Assembly: GCA_963833985.1 (NCBI GenBank)
Contig: CAWIAD010000002.1
Location: 3,392,001-3,456,000 of the forward strand
Direction of reading: 5' to 3'
DNA from: an uncultured Planctomycetaceae bacterium
Lineage (GTDB): Bacteria; Planctomycetota; Planctomycetia; Isosphaerales; Isosphaeraceae
DNA length: 64,000 nt
Under the pieces are notes generated by a model that searched no databases, was not told the DNA's origin, and was given only the letters and a program-made list of their open reading frames with translations. Positions 21,082 through 33,038 of the stretch are shown here, in pieces. Both the position numbers and the translations under genes were made by a program. The first letter of the stretch is position 1, and every line of letters begins with the position of its first letter.

Positions 21082-21864
21082 ATGAGCCTGAACTCGAAGA
21101 TCGAATGGACCGACGCGACCTGGAACCCGATCCGGGGCTGCACCAAGATCAGCCCGGGATGCGCGCACTGCTACGCCGAGACGTTCGCCGAACGCTTCCG
21201 CGGCGTGCCCGGTCATCCCTATGAACAGGGGTTCGATCTCAGGCTCATGCCCGGAAAAGTGCAAGAGCCCCTGCGCTGGCCGAAGCCGCGGATGGTCTTC
21301 GTCAACTCGATGAGCGATCTGTTCCATGAAGAGGTGCAGGACGATTACATCGAACAGGTTTGCCGCGTCATGCGGCAGGCGAACTGGCACACCTTTCAGG
21401 TGCTCACCAAGCGCTCCGAGCGAATGCGCGACCTGCTCCGATCGCGGCTCTCCTTTGCCGCCGATCAGCCGCACATCTGGTTCGGGGTGAGTGTTGAGAA
21501 CCGCAAGCACGGCCTGCCGCGGATCGAGCACCTGAGGACCGCACCGGCGGGGCTGCGGATGCTGTCGGTCGAGCCCTTGCTCGAAGACCTGGGAGAAGTG
21601 GATCTGACAGGCATCGGCTGGGTGATCCTGGGCGGAGAGAGCGGTCCCGGCGCCCGGCCGATGGAGGCTGGCTGGGTACGATCGATCCGCGACCAGTGCG
21701 CCGCGGCGGGCGTGCCTTTCTTCTTCAAGCAATGGGGCGGCGTGCGCAAGAAAGCGTCCGGCCGAGAGCTCGACGGCCGGACGCACGATGAGGTTCCAGT
21801 GCGGATCAACCAGGTGGCGGTCAGAGACTTGCCAGGCGCCGGGCGATCGCCCAGGGCTCACTGA
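21082..21864 (+). CDS. phage Gp37/Gp68-family (DUF5131) protein
   Basis: SKIEWTDATWNPIRGCTKISPGCAHCYA...FVNSMSDLFHE...LTKR...GGESG...FFFKQWGG. Confidence 0.95.
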   Translation: MSLNSKIEWTDATWNPIRGCTKISPGCAHCYAETFAERFRGVPGHPYEQGFDLRLMPGKVQEPLRWPKPRMVFVNSMSDLFHEEVQDDYIEQVCRVMRQANWHTFQVLTKRSERMRDLLRSRLSFAADQPHIWFGVSVENRKHGLPRIEHLRTAPAGLRMLSVEPLLEDLGEVDLTGIGWVILGGESGPGARPMEAGWVRSIRDQCAAAGVPFFFKQWGGVRKKASGRELDGRTHDEVPVRINQVAVRDLPGAGRSPRAH

Positions 21865-23585
21865 GCCGCGGGCGGTGCCGGAGCCGGAGCCGGCGTGGGC
21901 GCGGGTTTCAGCGGCTCCACGCTCTGCCAGAACTGCTTGTCCATGCGCAGTACCGGACGCTGAAAGAGCGCGGGGACGTCATCTGCGAAGACGCGCGCGG
22001 TGAGTCGTGACGAAGGCTGGAGAGTCGCGAACGATCGCTTCGTACGCAGGTCCCAGAGCGAGACGGTCCGGTCGTCGGCGATGAGCGCAACCGTGGTGCC
22101 GTCAGCCTCAATCGCCGCACCGATCCAGCGTCGGCCACCGGAAACCTCGGGGTGAAGATGATCCACGGCGGCCAACGACTTGGCGTCCCGGAGCGTGACC
22201 TCGGTCCCTTCCGTGTTCAGGGTGACGAACCGGTAGGAGGGAGGCTGATCCTGTCGAAAGGAGAGCGGTCGGAGCACCTCGCCGGGAAGATCCTTGATGA
22301 GCGCACCGGTCACGCCGTTCCAGAAACGGACCGATCTTTCCGCCGAGGTGACCAGCATCTCGTTATCCGCGAAACCGATCTCCCGTATCGGAGTCGTGTC
22401 GCGCAGGGGCGGACAGACCGGATCCTTCGCTTTCAAACTCCAGAGCTTTGCGGTGCCATCCTGGTAGAGGATGGCCTCGCGAGTGACCGATGTCCCTGCT
22501 TCCCGTTTGTCGCGGTCAGAAAGACAATTGCCGATGATGGCGATGAGATAATTCTCGTACCGCCTGGCGTCATGGGCGAACTCAGGATTGAAGTTCGGAT
22601 TTTTGTCCACGCCCGGAGTCGGCGTTTCATCCGTCCCGGCGGACTTCGCAACCTTTTTTGAGTCTGGAACGCTCTCCTGAAACGGCCTCGCTCCTGGCAT
22701 TCCCGACCCGGCCAAGGCCTTGAAAGACAGGACCGAGACGAGACAGACTGCGGCTGTGGCAAGCCCCGTGCTTGCAACCGATTTCCACCTGTTCATGAGC
22801 ATGCTCCTGGTAAGCTCGCGGCTGAGCCTGCCGGCACCGGCGGCAACGATGCTGCCAGAAGCTTGTGCCGAGAGCTCGAACCCAGCGCGGGCCGTGGATT
22901 CCACCAGAGAGATGGGAACGCAGGTGGAGGATGCGTCGATTGCCAGGGCCGAGGTGAAGGTTGCCGCGGCCGGAGCGATGCCTCGCCGTATGAGACGGCT
23001 CCGCAGTTTCTCCCTGCCCCGGGCAAGCCGGCTGCCGAGCGTGCCGATCGGGCAGCCAAGCTGCCGCGCCGTCTGCTCGCACGATTGCCCTTCCAGGTCG
23101 CACAGCACGATCGCCGCGCGGTAGTGATCCGGCAGCCGATCGAGCTCTTCATGGATGATGGCCAGCAGATCCGGATGCTCCACCGTGCCGCGTGGCTCGG
23201 CCGCCCTGGCTGCAAACTCGTGCAGCACTGCCCGGCGGCGATTGTGCTGGCTCCGTAGGCGGTTCGACGCCCGACAGGCAACGCGGTGTAGCCAGGGGCC
23301 AAGCGATTCGCCCACCCAGAGCGTCTGGCACTTTCGTGCCAGCATCAGGAAGGCGATCTGAAAAGCATCCTGAGCGTCGTGATCGTTTCCCAGCAACCGC
23401 CGGCAGGTCCGGTAGACCATCGGCCCGTGCCGTTCCACGATCGTCCCGAAAGCCGCTTCCGCGTGCACACGCGGGGCGGCCTGGAACCGCTCGATCAACT
23501 GTCGGTCGCTCAGGCCGACCTGGCTGCCAGCCTCGAACAGCACGCGAAGCTCGTGTCCGCTGTTGAACGCCGGTCTTCTGGCCAC
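21858..23585 (-). CDS. ECF sigma-70 factor fused to a TM helix and WD40-like repeats
   Basis: SDRQLIERF...ERHGPMVYRTCRRLL..DAQDAFQ...RLPDHYRAAIVLCDLEG...GTLGSRLARGR, then a TM segment and DGTAKLWS/SVRFWN/TVSLWD repeats. GTG start at 23585 after GAGGAG; alternative ATG at 23609. Confidence 0.9.
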   Translation of the reverse strand: MARRPAFNSGHELRVLFEAGSQVGLSDRQLIERFQAAPRVHAEAAFGTIVERHGPMVYRTCRRLLGNDHDAQDAFQIAFLMLARKCQTLWVGESLGPWLHRVACRASNRLRSQHNRRRAVLHEFAARAAEPRGTVEHPDLLAIIHEELDRLPDHYRAAIVLCDLEGQSCEQTARQLGCPIGTLGSRLARGREKLRSRLIRRGIAPAAATFTSALAIDASSTCVPISLVESTARAGFELSAQASGSIVAAGAGRLSRELTRSMLMNRWKSVASTGLATAAVCLVSVLSFKALAGSGMPGARPFQESVPDSKKVAKSAGTDETPTPGVDKNPNFNPEFAHDARRYENYLIAIIGNCLSDRDKREAGTSVTREAILYQDGTAKLWSLKAKDPVCPPLRDTTPIREIGFADNEMLVTSAERSVRFWNGVTGALIKDLPGEVLRPLSFRQDQPPSYRFVTLNTEGTEVTLRDAKSLAAVDHLHPEVSGGRRWIGAAIEADGTTVALIADDRTVSLWDLRTKRSFATLQPSSRLTARVFADDVPALFQRPVLRMDKQFWQSVEPLKPAPTPAPAPAPPAAQ

Positions 23586-23736
23586 GGCAATCTCCTCATC
23601 CCGTTCCATGTTCCCATCGCCACAACCAGAAAGGCGCGGGAGCCGCGGTTTTTTCCATTTTTCTCTCGCTGGCAGCGACGATGGCCATGAAAAGCACGCG
23701 TGCGAATCGGATCTCTGCACGCAAAGCCAATAGCAG

Positions 23737-25424
23737 TCAGGCCTTGACGTCATCCGCCAGGGTGGCCGGCTGCTTCCGGGCCGGTGCTGAGGACGCAATA
23801 TCCGGTCGCCTCATCGCGATGTGATGGCTCATCGAGAGATCCGGGGCCGGATGATCCAGGCGCGAATGGACCCGCGCGACTCCGTGCGCACCGTGGCGGC
23901 CGCGATCATCAGCCGCGCCGTGATGAGCATGTTCTGCATGGTCCAGCCGGAGGGATCGTCGAACACATGCGGCAGGACGTAACGGCACCAGTGGTCCACC
24001 TGAGCGGCCGCCTCCTCCAGCCCCTGCGCATTGCGGGTGATCCCCATGCGCCGCCACATCAGGGCGCGGAGCGAGGTGAGCATGTCGTCCAGGTCGATGC
24101 GCGAGCGGCCTTCCTTGATCGGGGCGGGCGTCCCGGACGTGGAGACCGGCGGCACCTCGAGCTGCCAGGGCCCGGCCTGATCCAGCTCGGCAGCGATGTC
24201 GTGCGCAACGCGGGTACCGTAAACCAGCCCCTCCAGCAGGCTGTTCGACGCCAGCCGGTTCGCCCCGTGAAGCCCGGAGCTCGACACCTCGCCAGCCGCC
24301 CAGAGCCCCGGCAGCGTGGTCCGGCCATTGGCATCGACCGTCATGCCGCCGATCATGTAGTGAGCTCCGGGACAGACCGGGATGGAATCACGCGTGATGT
24401 CCAGATCGAAGCTCTGACAGAGCCGGACGATACCGGGGAAGCGACTGCGAATGTGGTCCGGGTCGAGATGGGAGAGATCGAGGTAAACGTTGGGATGGTG
24501 CGTCCTGGCCATCTGCCGTGCGATCGCCAGCGAGACGTCGTCGCGCGGAGCCAGCTCTGCCAGGGGATGGCATTCAGGCATGAACCGGTGGCCGTCCTTG
24601 TCGCGGAGATAGGCCCCCTCGCCGCGCAGGGCTTCAGTCAGCAGGTGCCGCGCCGAGCCCGCCATGTAGAGCACGGTGGGGTGGAACTGCATGAACTCCA
24701 TGTCGCGCAGCTCCACACCGGCGCGGTAGGCCATGGCATGGCCGTCGCCGGTGGCGATCGGCGGGTTGGTGGTCTCCCGGTAAAGCTGACCCGCGCCTCC
24801 GGTGGCCAGCACCACGGCCCGCGCCCAGACCAGCGCGAAGCCGCGCCGCTTGTCCCAGACCAGCACTCCGCGGCAGCGCCCCTGGTGAGTCAAGAGATCG
24901 ATGGTCGAGCAGTTCTGCCAGATGCGAATCGACCGCCGCGCCCGGGCCTGCTGGATCATGGCCCGCATGATCTCGCGGCCGGTCTCGTCGCCCAGCGCGT
25001 GCGCGATCCGAGCGTGCGAGTGACCTCCCTCCAGCCCGAGCGAGACCTTGCCATTGACCTGGTCGAACCTGGTGCCCCACTCGATGAGCTCGTGGATTCG
25101 TTCGGGCGCTTCCCGCACCACCATCTCGACAACCGCGGGATCACAGAGCCCCTTGCCGGCGGCGAGGGTATCGGCGATGTGGTGGTCGAACCGGTCCTCC
25201 GGGGCCAGGACCCCGGCAATGCCGCCCTGGGCGTAATGGCTGTTGCTCTCGCGGACCTCATCCTTGGTGATGACAAGCGCGCGGTACGCTTCCGGAACCC
25301 CGAGCGCCGCACGCAGGCCCGCAATGCCGCCGCCGACGACCAGGACGTCGGTGAAGTGGTGGGGCAGCTCGCGTGGATCGAAACCCACCAGGTAGCGGCG
25401 CGGCAGTGCGAGAGGAGCTAGCAT
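23737..25424 (-). CDS. nadB: L-aspartate oxidase, frameshift at ~23870
   Basis: VVGGGIAGL, SNSHYAQGGIA, EGGHSHARI, QFHPT, ELAPRD, SGLHGANRLASNSLLEG; the ESRG-VHSRLDHP motif is split by a missing G. Confidence 0.95.
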
Positions 25425-25466
25425 GGGCATTCCGGCGAGGCAAGAGAAGGCGGCGATGTCGCCGGC

Positions 25467-28400
25467 TCATTTTCCTCCACCCGGCGCCGCGCTGGGGCGG
25501 GCCGGAGCAGTGCGGTTCGACGAGCCCGTACGGGACCGTGCCAGCGCGCTGCGGAAGCTCTCGAACTTCGACCGCAGCTCCGGAGGAGGCTTGAAGCTGA
25601 TGCCCTCCATGTTGTTCCGCGCGTCGTCGTGGTACGTCTGGCCCCGGTCCTTCTGGTTCTTGGTGGAGAACCGATCCTGGCGGCCGAAGCCGGGCAGATT
25701 GGCCGAGGGCGTGTCGTTGGCTTGCGGATCGCCGGGCTTGACGGTGATCTCGCGCCCGGGGCCCGCGGGCGCGGCCTTGACGCCCTCGTATTTCTTGACG
25801 AACTGCTCCATCTGCTCGCGCGACATCCCGGTCTCCTTCTCCAGGTCGGGCGTCACGGCATCCTTGTCGAGCAGGTCCTTGATGGTCCTGAGAACCATGT
25901 CAGACTGGGGCGTACCTTCCGGGGCAAGATCATCGGGCGGTGCGCCCTCTCGATCGGCAGCGTGGGGCGACGGCTTGCTGTTGTCCTGGGCAGGATCACC
26001 AGTCGAGGCCGGCCCGGACGTGCCACCGCCGCCGATGGGGCTGCCACCCGCGCCGCCTGGCTGCTTGCCCTGACCGGGCTCTCCGGTGGGGGTGCCATCA
26101 CCCGGCTGCGAGCCGCCCGCGGCGCCCGCGGGGCTTCCCGGTGCGCCGGCCTGACCGCCGGCCTGCGACTGCGAGCCGCCACTGCCTCCCTGGGATGGTG
26201 AGCCGCCACCACCACTGCTCTGGCTTCCCTGACTCCCCTTGCCGCCCTGGCTCCCCTTGCCGCCCTGGCTTCCCTTGCCGCCCTGGCTCCCCTTGCCCTC
26301 TCCTCCCTCACTCCCCTCGCTGCCGCTGGAGCCTTCGCCCGGGTTCTTGCCGTGGCTGGCTTCCGTCGATCCTCGTGAGCCGGACTCGCCGGCGCCGGCC
26401 TGGTTGCCACCGGTGCCCTGAGACTGGCTCGAAGCGCCGGACTTCCCGCTCGATCCCGAGCCGGATTGGGAACCGCCCGAACTCTTCGAAGCGGCTCCGC
26501 TCGAATCCTGGGAAGGACTGCTACCTGACCCTTGAGCCGGGCTGCCGCTGGCGGCCTCCGATCCCGATGGAGAGCCGCCGGGGCTCTCCTTGCCGGCCTG
26601 GCCGTCACTCGAGGGCTGCCCCCCCTGGCTCTTGCCAGCGCTGCCGGCGCCTTGCTGGGGCGGCATGCCGCCTTGCTGGCTGGAGCTTTCACCCGGTCTC
26701 GAACCCGCACCGCGGGTTTCGTCACCACGGGAGCCTTGCGGGGCCTGGCTGCCGGCCGGGGCCTGGCTACCGGCCGGGGCCTGGTTCTGCGGGGGGCTCT
26801 GGCTCGACTGCGTTCCGGAGGGCGGCGATCCGGATGTCTCGCGTGCCTGCTGCGGCGGTGCGGTCTCCGGCGGGGCGTTTGAAGGATCGGACATCTCGCG
26901 CTCGGTGGGCTGCTTGGCCGTCTTGCCTGCTTCCTTCGACTTCTCGGCAGGGCTCTTGTATTCATCCTGCCCCTTCTTCGTGGGCTGCCCGGCCGCCGTC
27001 TTGCCTGCTTCCTTCGTCTTCTCCTGCGCGGAGGTTGCATTCTTGGGTGTCGCCGCACCGGGCCGATTCTTCTGGGGCCTGGCCTGACCGGGTGCCTGCT
27101 CCTTTCCAGCACCCGCCTGGGTCCCCGTCTCGGCGTTCTTCGCATCCGGTTTTCCTGTGCCATTTGCAGGCGCGGTCGCTGGCTCGCGGGCCGCCTTCTC
27201 GGAAGGACTTGATCCCGGATTGGACGCGTTCTTCGACCCGGACGCCTCCTGTGCGTTTCGTTCCGACGCGGACTGAGTCTCCCGCCCCTGCATTTCTCGC
27301 CGGCCATCTTCGCGGACTGTTCACCCTTCGGCTCGGTCCCGGCCTGCTTCTTCGGCGTGCCCTCGGCGCCGGCCGGCTGGTCCTGGCTGGATCGCGCGCC
27401 CTTGCCGGCTTCCGGGCTGCGGCGCACTCGCGGATCTTCGGATTGATTGCGCTCATCCGGAGTGATCCGCGGGTCGCTCCCCTGGTTTCGCGGGTCGCCG
27501 GAAGCCGCCCGACCGGGATTCTGGGGCTTCGACGCTCCGCTTTCCGCCGTGGCATTTTGTGGTGAGCGTTGCGAGGCCTCGCCACCGTCGTTCTTCATGC
27601 CGCCGGATGGCGTGCCGGGCCGTCCCTGCTTGGGCTCCCCGCCCGCGGAGGCAGGGTTGCCGGCGGCGTCTCTGGCCGTGGGATTCGCTGGCGGCGTGGC
27701 ACTTTGACCGGGTGTGTTCGGCTGTCCGTCCTGCGATTGCTGGTTGGAATTTGCGCCGCTGCCCTGGTTACCCGTCTTCTCCGTGGGCTGCCCGGCGCCG
27801 GTCTTGCCGGCGGCCTGCGATCCGTTACTCCTGGCGCCAGTCGGCGGCTTGTTGTCAGAGCCGCCTGGCGTGGGCTCCCCGCCGGAGGGGTTCTGCGGGT
27901 TGTTGTTCTGGGGCATCTCCCGGCCGCTCTTCGCTCCCGGCCCCTGGGCGCTCCTGTCGCCGGTCTGGGTCTTGCCGGCTTCCTGTCCCGGGGTCTGTTC
28001 GCCGCCCTTGCCACCGGAGCCCGAGCCCGGCTCGGAGCCGGTGCGTGCCGCCGGCTGCTGTGGCTCGCCGGGACCCTGCGGCTGGGTACCGCTCGCTGTC
28101 TTGCCTGCGCCGCCGGGCTGTTTCTCGGTCCCGGCTCGCTCGGACGGGATGGGAGCCGTACTCCTTTGCGTGTCGCTCTGCGTGCCGCTTCCCGGAGCCC
28201 CCGAGTTCCGCTCTCGCGGGCTGGCGCCGGCGGGATTGGACGACGAGTTTGCTCCGGCCTGCGGCTCGCCCCTGGACTGTGAGCCCGCCCCTTCCTGGCC
28301 TCCCTTGCCCTGGCGGTCCGCCTGCGCAGGGTCGCTGCCGGCCGCCTTCTTGCCTCCCTGGCCATCCGACGAGCCGGTCTTGCCGCCATCCTGGTTCGTC

Positions 28401-31184
28401 CCCTCGGCGGGCGGGTTCTTCGCCGCCTCTCCAGCGGTCGGGCTTTGCGGCTGGCTTGAGTCGGTCCCCTTTCCACTCTCCGAGGACGAGGACGTGGAGC
28501 CATCGCGGGAGCCTGCTGAGCCCGTGCCATCACGCGAGCCAGACCCCGGCTCGCCCTTGGGCCGGGTGCCCGCCGCGTTGTCCTTGCCGGTCCCGGTCGT
28601 CTCCTTCGTGGTGCCGTTGTTCGTCTGGGTCGTCTCCGGGTTTTGCCGATTCTGCGGGTCGGCGGTGTCCGGTGGCGAGGAGGCGTCGGTGCGCTGCGGG
28701 TTCGAGCCCGGCGCCGCGGAGCCGCCTGTGCCGGGGCTGTTTTTGCCCGTCTGCGGCGTGCGCGGAGGGGTTCGGGGCTTGCCTGGACTGCGGGGCGTTT
28801 TCAGGCCTGGTTCCCTGTCCGGTCGCATCGCGCTGGCCTGGAGCAACCGAGTCATTGGCTGCCGGATTGCTCCCCGGCGCAGCCTGGTTCGAGCCGCCTG
28901 GCGTCCCTGAGGTGGGATTCGGACTGCCCTGGTTCAGCCCCGACGTGCCGGTGGCATCGGCGCGCGGCTGGTCGCTGCCCTTCTCGCCGCTCTGCACCGG
29001 GTTGCCTGACGAATCCGTGTTCTGGGTGCCGGAGGGCCGAGGCTGGCTAGCCTCCCTGCTGCCTGCCGGGCCGGCGGGGTTCTGCATGGGGTTCCCCCGG
29101 GAGTTCTGCGACGTCCCGGACGACCCGCTACGGCCCGGGTTGCCCCCTGCATTTTGCGGCCCCGCGCCCGGATTACCTTGCTGCGGCGGATTCCCTGCGC
29201 CGCCGGCCTGCGGCTGTGGCGATGGCGGTGTATTGCCCTTGTTCTGGTTCTGGTTCAGAAGCCCCCGTTTCTGAAGGGCGTCTTTCATCTTGTTGTAGTT
29301 CGGATCAGCGCTGGGGGGCGGGGCACCGGCCGGGTTCTCGCTGCCGGGTTGACCGCCCTCGTTGGGGTTCGCTGTGCCCGGGTCGGCTCCGCCATTGGGC
29401 TGCTGGGAGCCGCGGCCGCCCTGGTCGGGGGTCTGGCGCTGGGTGCCCGCGCCGCCCTGCTGCGCACCCTTGTCGCCTGGCTGGCGTTCGGTGGTGTCGT
29501 TCTGTCCCTGCGCAGCGTCACTCTCGTCCGGCGGGGGGACCTGCTCCTTCGCCTGGTCGGTTTCCGGAGGCGGAGGCTGCTCGAACGGCTGGCGGTCCTT
29601 CGCCTGCTGCTGCTCGATCTGCTTCTTCTCCTCGGGCTTGGCCGGCTCGCCAACCTCGATGGTCTGCGCGGCGGTGGGCACGCTATGGGCGGCCGGCTCG
29701 TGGTTGTCGCGCACCGTCAGCCAGTAGCGGAGGGTCTGGCCGGGCTTGACGTGCAGCTGGGCCAGATCGAGGACCTCGGTGGCGCGGAACTCGGGCGCCG
29801 GGGAGCGGCCTTCGAGCACGTTCTTCGAAACCAGGCTCTCATTCTCCTGGTTCACGTGCAGGGTCGCGTCCTTGACCGCGTGGTCATCCCAGCCGCTCAT
29901 CGTCAGATCGACCTTGACGTTCACCGGGACCTTGATGGCCGGGCGGTCGGGCCGGAGGAACTTGGCCTGGGGAGGACGGTCGGCGATGGCCAGGATGTCG
30001 TAGACCACCGGGTTGGGGTTGAGCTGCCCGCCGGTCGTGCGGAAACTGATGGTGTACGTGCCCGACTTGCTCACCTTGAACTGGCCTGTCAGCTTGTACG
30101 GGTCGTCGGCCGCGACGGTCATGGGCGCCGGGTCGCCCATGGTGAGGTTCAGCGTGCCCCCCCGCGACGGCTCGTTGGTCGTGGCATGGACCGTGACCGT
30201 CGTGTCCTCGATGGCCTCCACGCTGCCGCCGTCAATGTCGCGGCGCGGGGGAACCTGGGTATAGGATGGAAAGTCATAGTCGATCTTGACGGACGTCACC
30301 ATCGGCGCCGGCAGGACGGTGAGCGTGTAGTGGAGCGACTCGGCGTCGCCGCCGGTCACAAAGTAATCCATCGTCTGCTGCACGTTATTGAAGGTTAGCT
30401 GCCACGGGTCGTAGTAGTTCGGCCCAGGCTCGAAGTCCTTGATGGCATAGAATTTACCGCCGTCCACACTGAAGTGCAGCTTGACCGCTTCGGGGCGGAT
30501 GCCGCTCGTGGTGTCCACCGAGAAGACCACCTGCTTGCCCGCGACCACCTCGTCATTGCCGGGCTTGATGTCGGCCAGCCGCGTGTTCGTGGGACGGACC
30601 ACGTCGGCCAGGAAGGCGCGCTTGGTGGAATCGAGAATGCTCTTGGGCTGGATCGCGGCGTAGAGGATGAAGACCACGGCCACGCCGCAGAACGCGTAGA
30701 TGGTCTTCATCAAATACTGCTGGTTCACCGCCTGATCGACCTCGACGTGCGCCAGGTCGCTGACGGCGCGTGCTTCCAGCGTGGCCAGCACGGCCTTGGG
30801 GAGCCGGTCGCGATGACTGCGCAGCGTGAGGTAGTTGACCAGGCTATTCTTGAACGTGGCGTCCACGCCCTCGATGGTCTTGGCGGCGTAGACGGCGTTG
30901 ATCCGCAGCACCAGGGGGAGCACCAGCCGCAGCAGGGTATAGGAGAACGCCGTGGTCAGACCGACGACCAGCACGCCGCGGCGGACAGCCAGAGGCAGGC
31001 CGAAGGCGTGATCGAGGACGATCTCCAGAAGCAGGGTGCCCACGAAGCCGATGAGCAGGATGAACGCGGCCGTGGCGAGATCGGTCATCTTGATCCGCGC
31101 ACGCGTGCGGGCAAGCTGGTGGTCAATGAACTGTTCGTAATCCAGGAGCTTGCCGTAGGGTTGGGTTTGCGTGCCCAGGCTCAT
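25467..31184 (-). CDS. very large membrane protein: TM helices, Ig-like domains and a >1000-aa Gly/Ser/Pro/Gln-rich tail (DUF4175-like architecture), two frameshifts (~28850, ~27290)
   Basis: ORFs 28530-31184, 25853-28855 and 25467-27293 form one compositionally continuous low-complexity chain that ends in ...PPPELRSKFESFRSAL. Confidence 0.7.
26227..26297. repeat. 18-bp coding tandem repeat (GGKGSQ x~4)
   Basis: ccctggctccccttgccg units. Confidence 0.8.
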
Positions 31185-31297
31185 GTCCGCGTGCTCCCTG
31201 AAGATGTGTGCCGGGGTGCCGACTGTCTCGCATTATACGTTTTTCCACGCGGAAAAGCACGTCTGTGTAACGAATCTCTTCGGCTTCCGGCTTCCGC

Positions 31298-32365
31298 TCA
31301 GGACCAGACCACGTTGCGGTCGCCCGCGACCACCGTGCCGATGGTCCAGGCGGGGACCTGAGCCTGGTGCCGCAGATGGCGCACGATCGAGTCCGCATAA
31401 TACTCGGCCACGATCATCACCAGGCCGATGCCCATGTTGAAGACGCGGTACATCTCGGCGTCCGGCACCGTGCCCAAAGTCTGGAGCCACGGAAAGACCG
31501 GCGGCACGGTCCAGGACCCGCGCTCCAGGCAGATGGCGCAGCCCTCGGGCAGGACGCGCGGGGGATTGTCGATGAGCCCGCCCCCGGTGATGTGCGCGAT
31601 TGCGTGGACGATCCGCTTCACCCGGTAATTGCGGCGCACCAGCTTCATGGCGCGGGTGTAGATGCGCGTCGGCTCCAGAAACTCGTCGGCGACCGTGCGG
31701 CCGAGCCGCTCGACATGGGTCGAGGCCGTCAGGCCGGCGTGGTCGAAGACGATCTTCCGCGCCAGGCTGTAGCCGTTGGAGTGCAGGCCGGAGCTGCCCA
31801 GCCCGATCACGCGGTCGCCCACGCGGACGTCCCTGCCGTCCAGGATCTGCTTCCGCTCCACCACGCCCAGGCAGAAGCCGGCCAGGTCGTACTCCCCCGG
31901 CTGGTAGAACTCCGGGAGGATGGCGGTCTCGCCGCCGAGGAGGGCGCATTCCGCCTCGATGCACCCGTCGCTGATGCCGCCGACGACCTGCGCGGTCAGC
32001 TCGGGGTCGTCGCGGCTCATCGCCACGTAATCAAGGAAGAGGAGCGGCTCGGCCCCCGCGCACAGGCAGTCGTTCACGGACATCGCCACCAGGTCGATGC
32101 CGACGGTGCGGTGGCGGCCGGTGGCGAATGCCAGCTTCAGCTTGGTACCCACTCCGTCGCTGGAGGCCACCAGGACCGGATCGCGATAGGTTCGCGACAG
32201 CAGGCCGATCTGGTCGTGCAGCCGGAAGAGTCCCGCGAACCCATCCTTCCACTCCATCACCCGCGGCGTGTAGGTGCGCCGCAGCAGGGGGGGCAGGCGC
32301 CCCATCGTCTCCTCGTACTTCGAGAGATCCACCCCGGCCGCACGGTAGTCCAGCGAATCAGGCAT
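31298..32365 (-). CDS. purM: phosphoribosylformylglycinamidine cyclo-ligase
   Basis: YRAAGVD, DGVGTK, GIDLVAMSVND, GGETA, SSGLHSNGYSL, HITGGG, FNMGIG. Confidence 0.97.
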   Translation of the reverse strand: MPDSLDYRAAGVDLSKYEETMGRLPPLLRRTYTPRVMEWKDGFAGLFRLHDQIGLLSRTYRDPVLVASSDGVGTKLKLAFATGRHRTVGIDLVAMSVNDCLCAGAEPLLFLDYVAMSRDDPELTAQVVGGISDGCIEAECALLGGETAILPEFYQPGEYDLAGFCLGVVERKQILDGRDVRVGDRVIGLGSSGLHSNGYSLARKIVFDHAGLTASTHVERLGRTVADEFLEPTRIYTRAMKLVRRNYRVKRIVHAIAHITGGGLIDNPPRVLPEGCAICLERGSWTVPPVFPWLQTLGTVPDAEMYRVFNMGIGLVMIVAEYYADSIVRHLRHQAQVPAWTIGTVVAGDRNVVWS

Positions 32366-32524
32366 AACCCACACAGGTTCTTGAAGGCCGCGAAGTTTGG
32401 AGATACTTTAAAGTTCCCCGGATCGTTCATCTGAGGAACACCGAGGTCCGGATCGGCGCGTGCACCGATCCTGCCCAGCCATCCTCATTATCCTACCCTG
32501 ATTTCGTCACAGGAGTTGCCTCTC

Positions 32525-33001
32525 ATGAACCGCAAGTGGATCGGTTTCGCCGTCGTCGCGTGCTCGGTCATCGCCGGAGGCTTCGCAGGCGGGCTCTCAC
32601 TCGGCCAGGAGCAGGAAAAGCACAAGGAGAACGAGACGCCCCTGGGCCGTATCATGGAGAAGGTCCAGAAGCACAACATCGCCATCACCAAGGGAACCCG
32701 CACGATTGCGGCCTTCCGGAAGAGTCAGAAAGAGGTGGCGAAGTCCTCCCAGGAACTCGCCAAGCTCGCCAAGGAGAGTAAGAAATACAAGGAAGGGTAC
32801 TTGAAGAACGCCAAGGATGAGGCCAATCCGCAGAGGAAATGGGACGACATCATGGACGCCTTCGCCAAGACCTCGGAGGACCTCGCCTCGGCCGCGACCA
32901 AGGACGGGGCCGAACAGAAGCACATCAAGGACATGTTCCAGGTGGTGAAGAAGACCTGCTCCGACTGCCACACCGTCTTCCGCGTTGAACAGGACTTTTG
33001 A
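32525..33001 (+). CDS. cytochrome c' / class II cytochrome c
   Basis: Signal peptide, helical body and a C-terminal CSDCH heme-binding motif. Confidence 0.85.
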   Translation: MNRKWIGFAVVACSVIAGGFAGGLSLGQEQEKHKENETPLGRIMEKVQKHNIAITKGTRTIAAFRKSQKEVAKSSQELAKLAKESKKYKEGYLKNAKDEANPQRKWDDIMDAFAKTSEDLASAATKDGAEQKHIKDMFQVVKKTCSDCHTVFRVEQDF

Positions 33002-33038
33002 ACGGTCTGGGAGGTCGGGACGCGCGTCCCTGCGGGTC

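Noticed and set aside
32450..32471. Hairpin GGATCGG...CCGATCC between purM and the cytochrome c' gene as a terminator or riboswitch
   Set aside because: It lies between divergent starts, has no U-tract and shows no riboswitch consensus I can identify.
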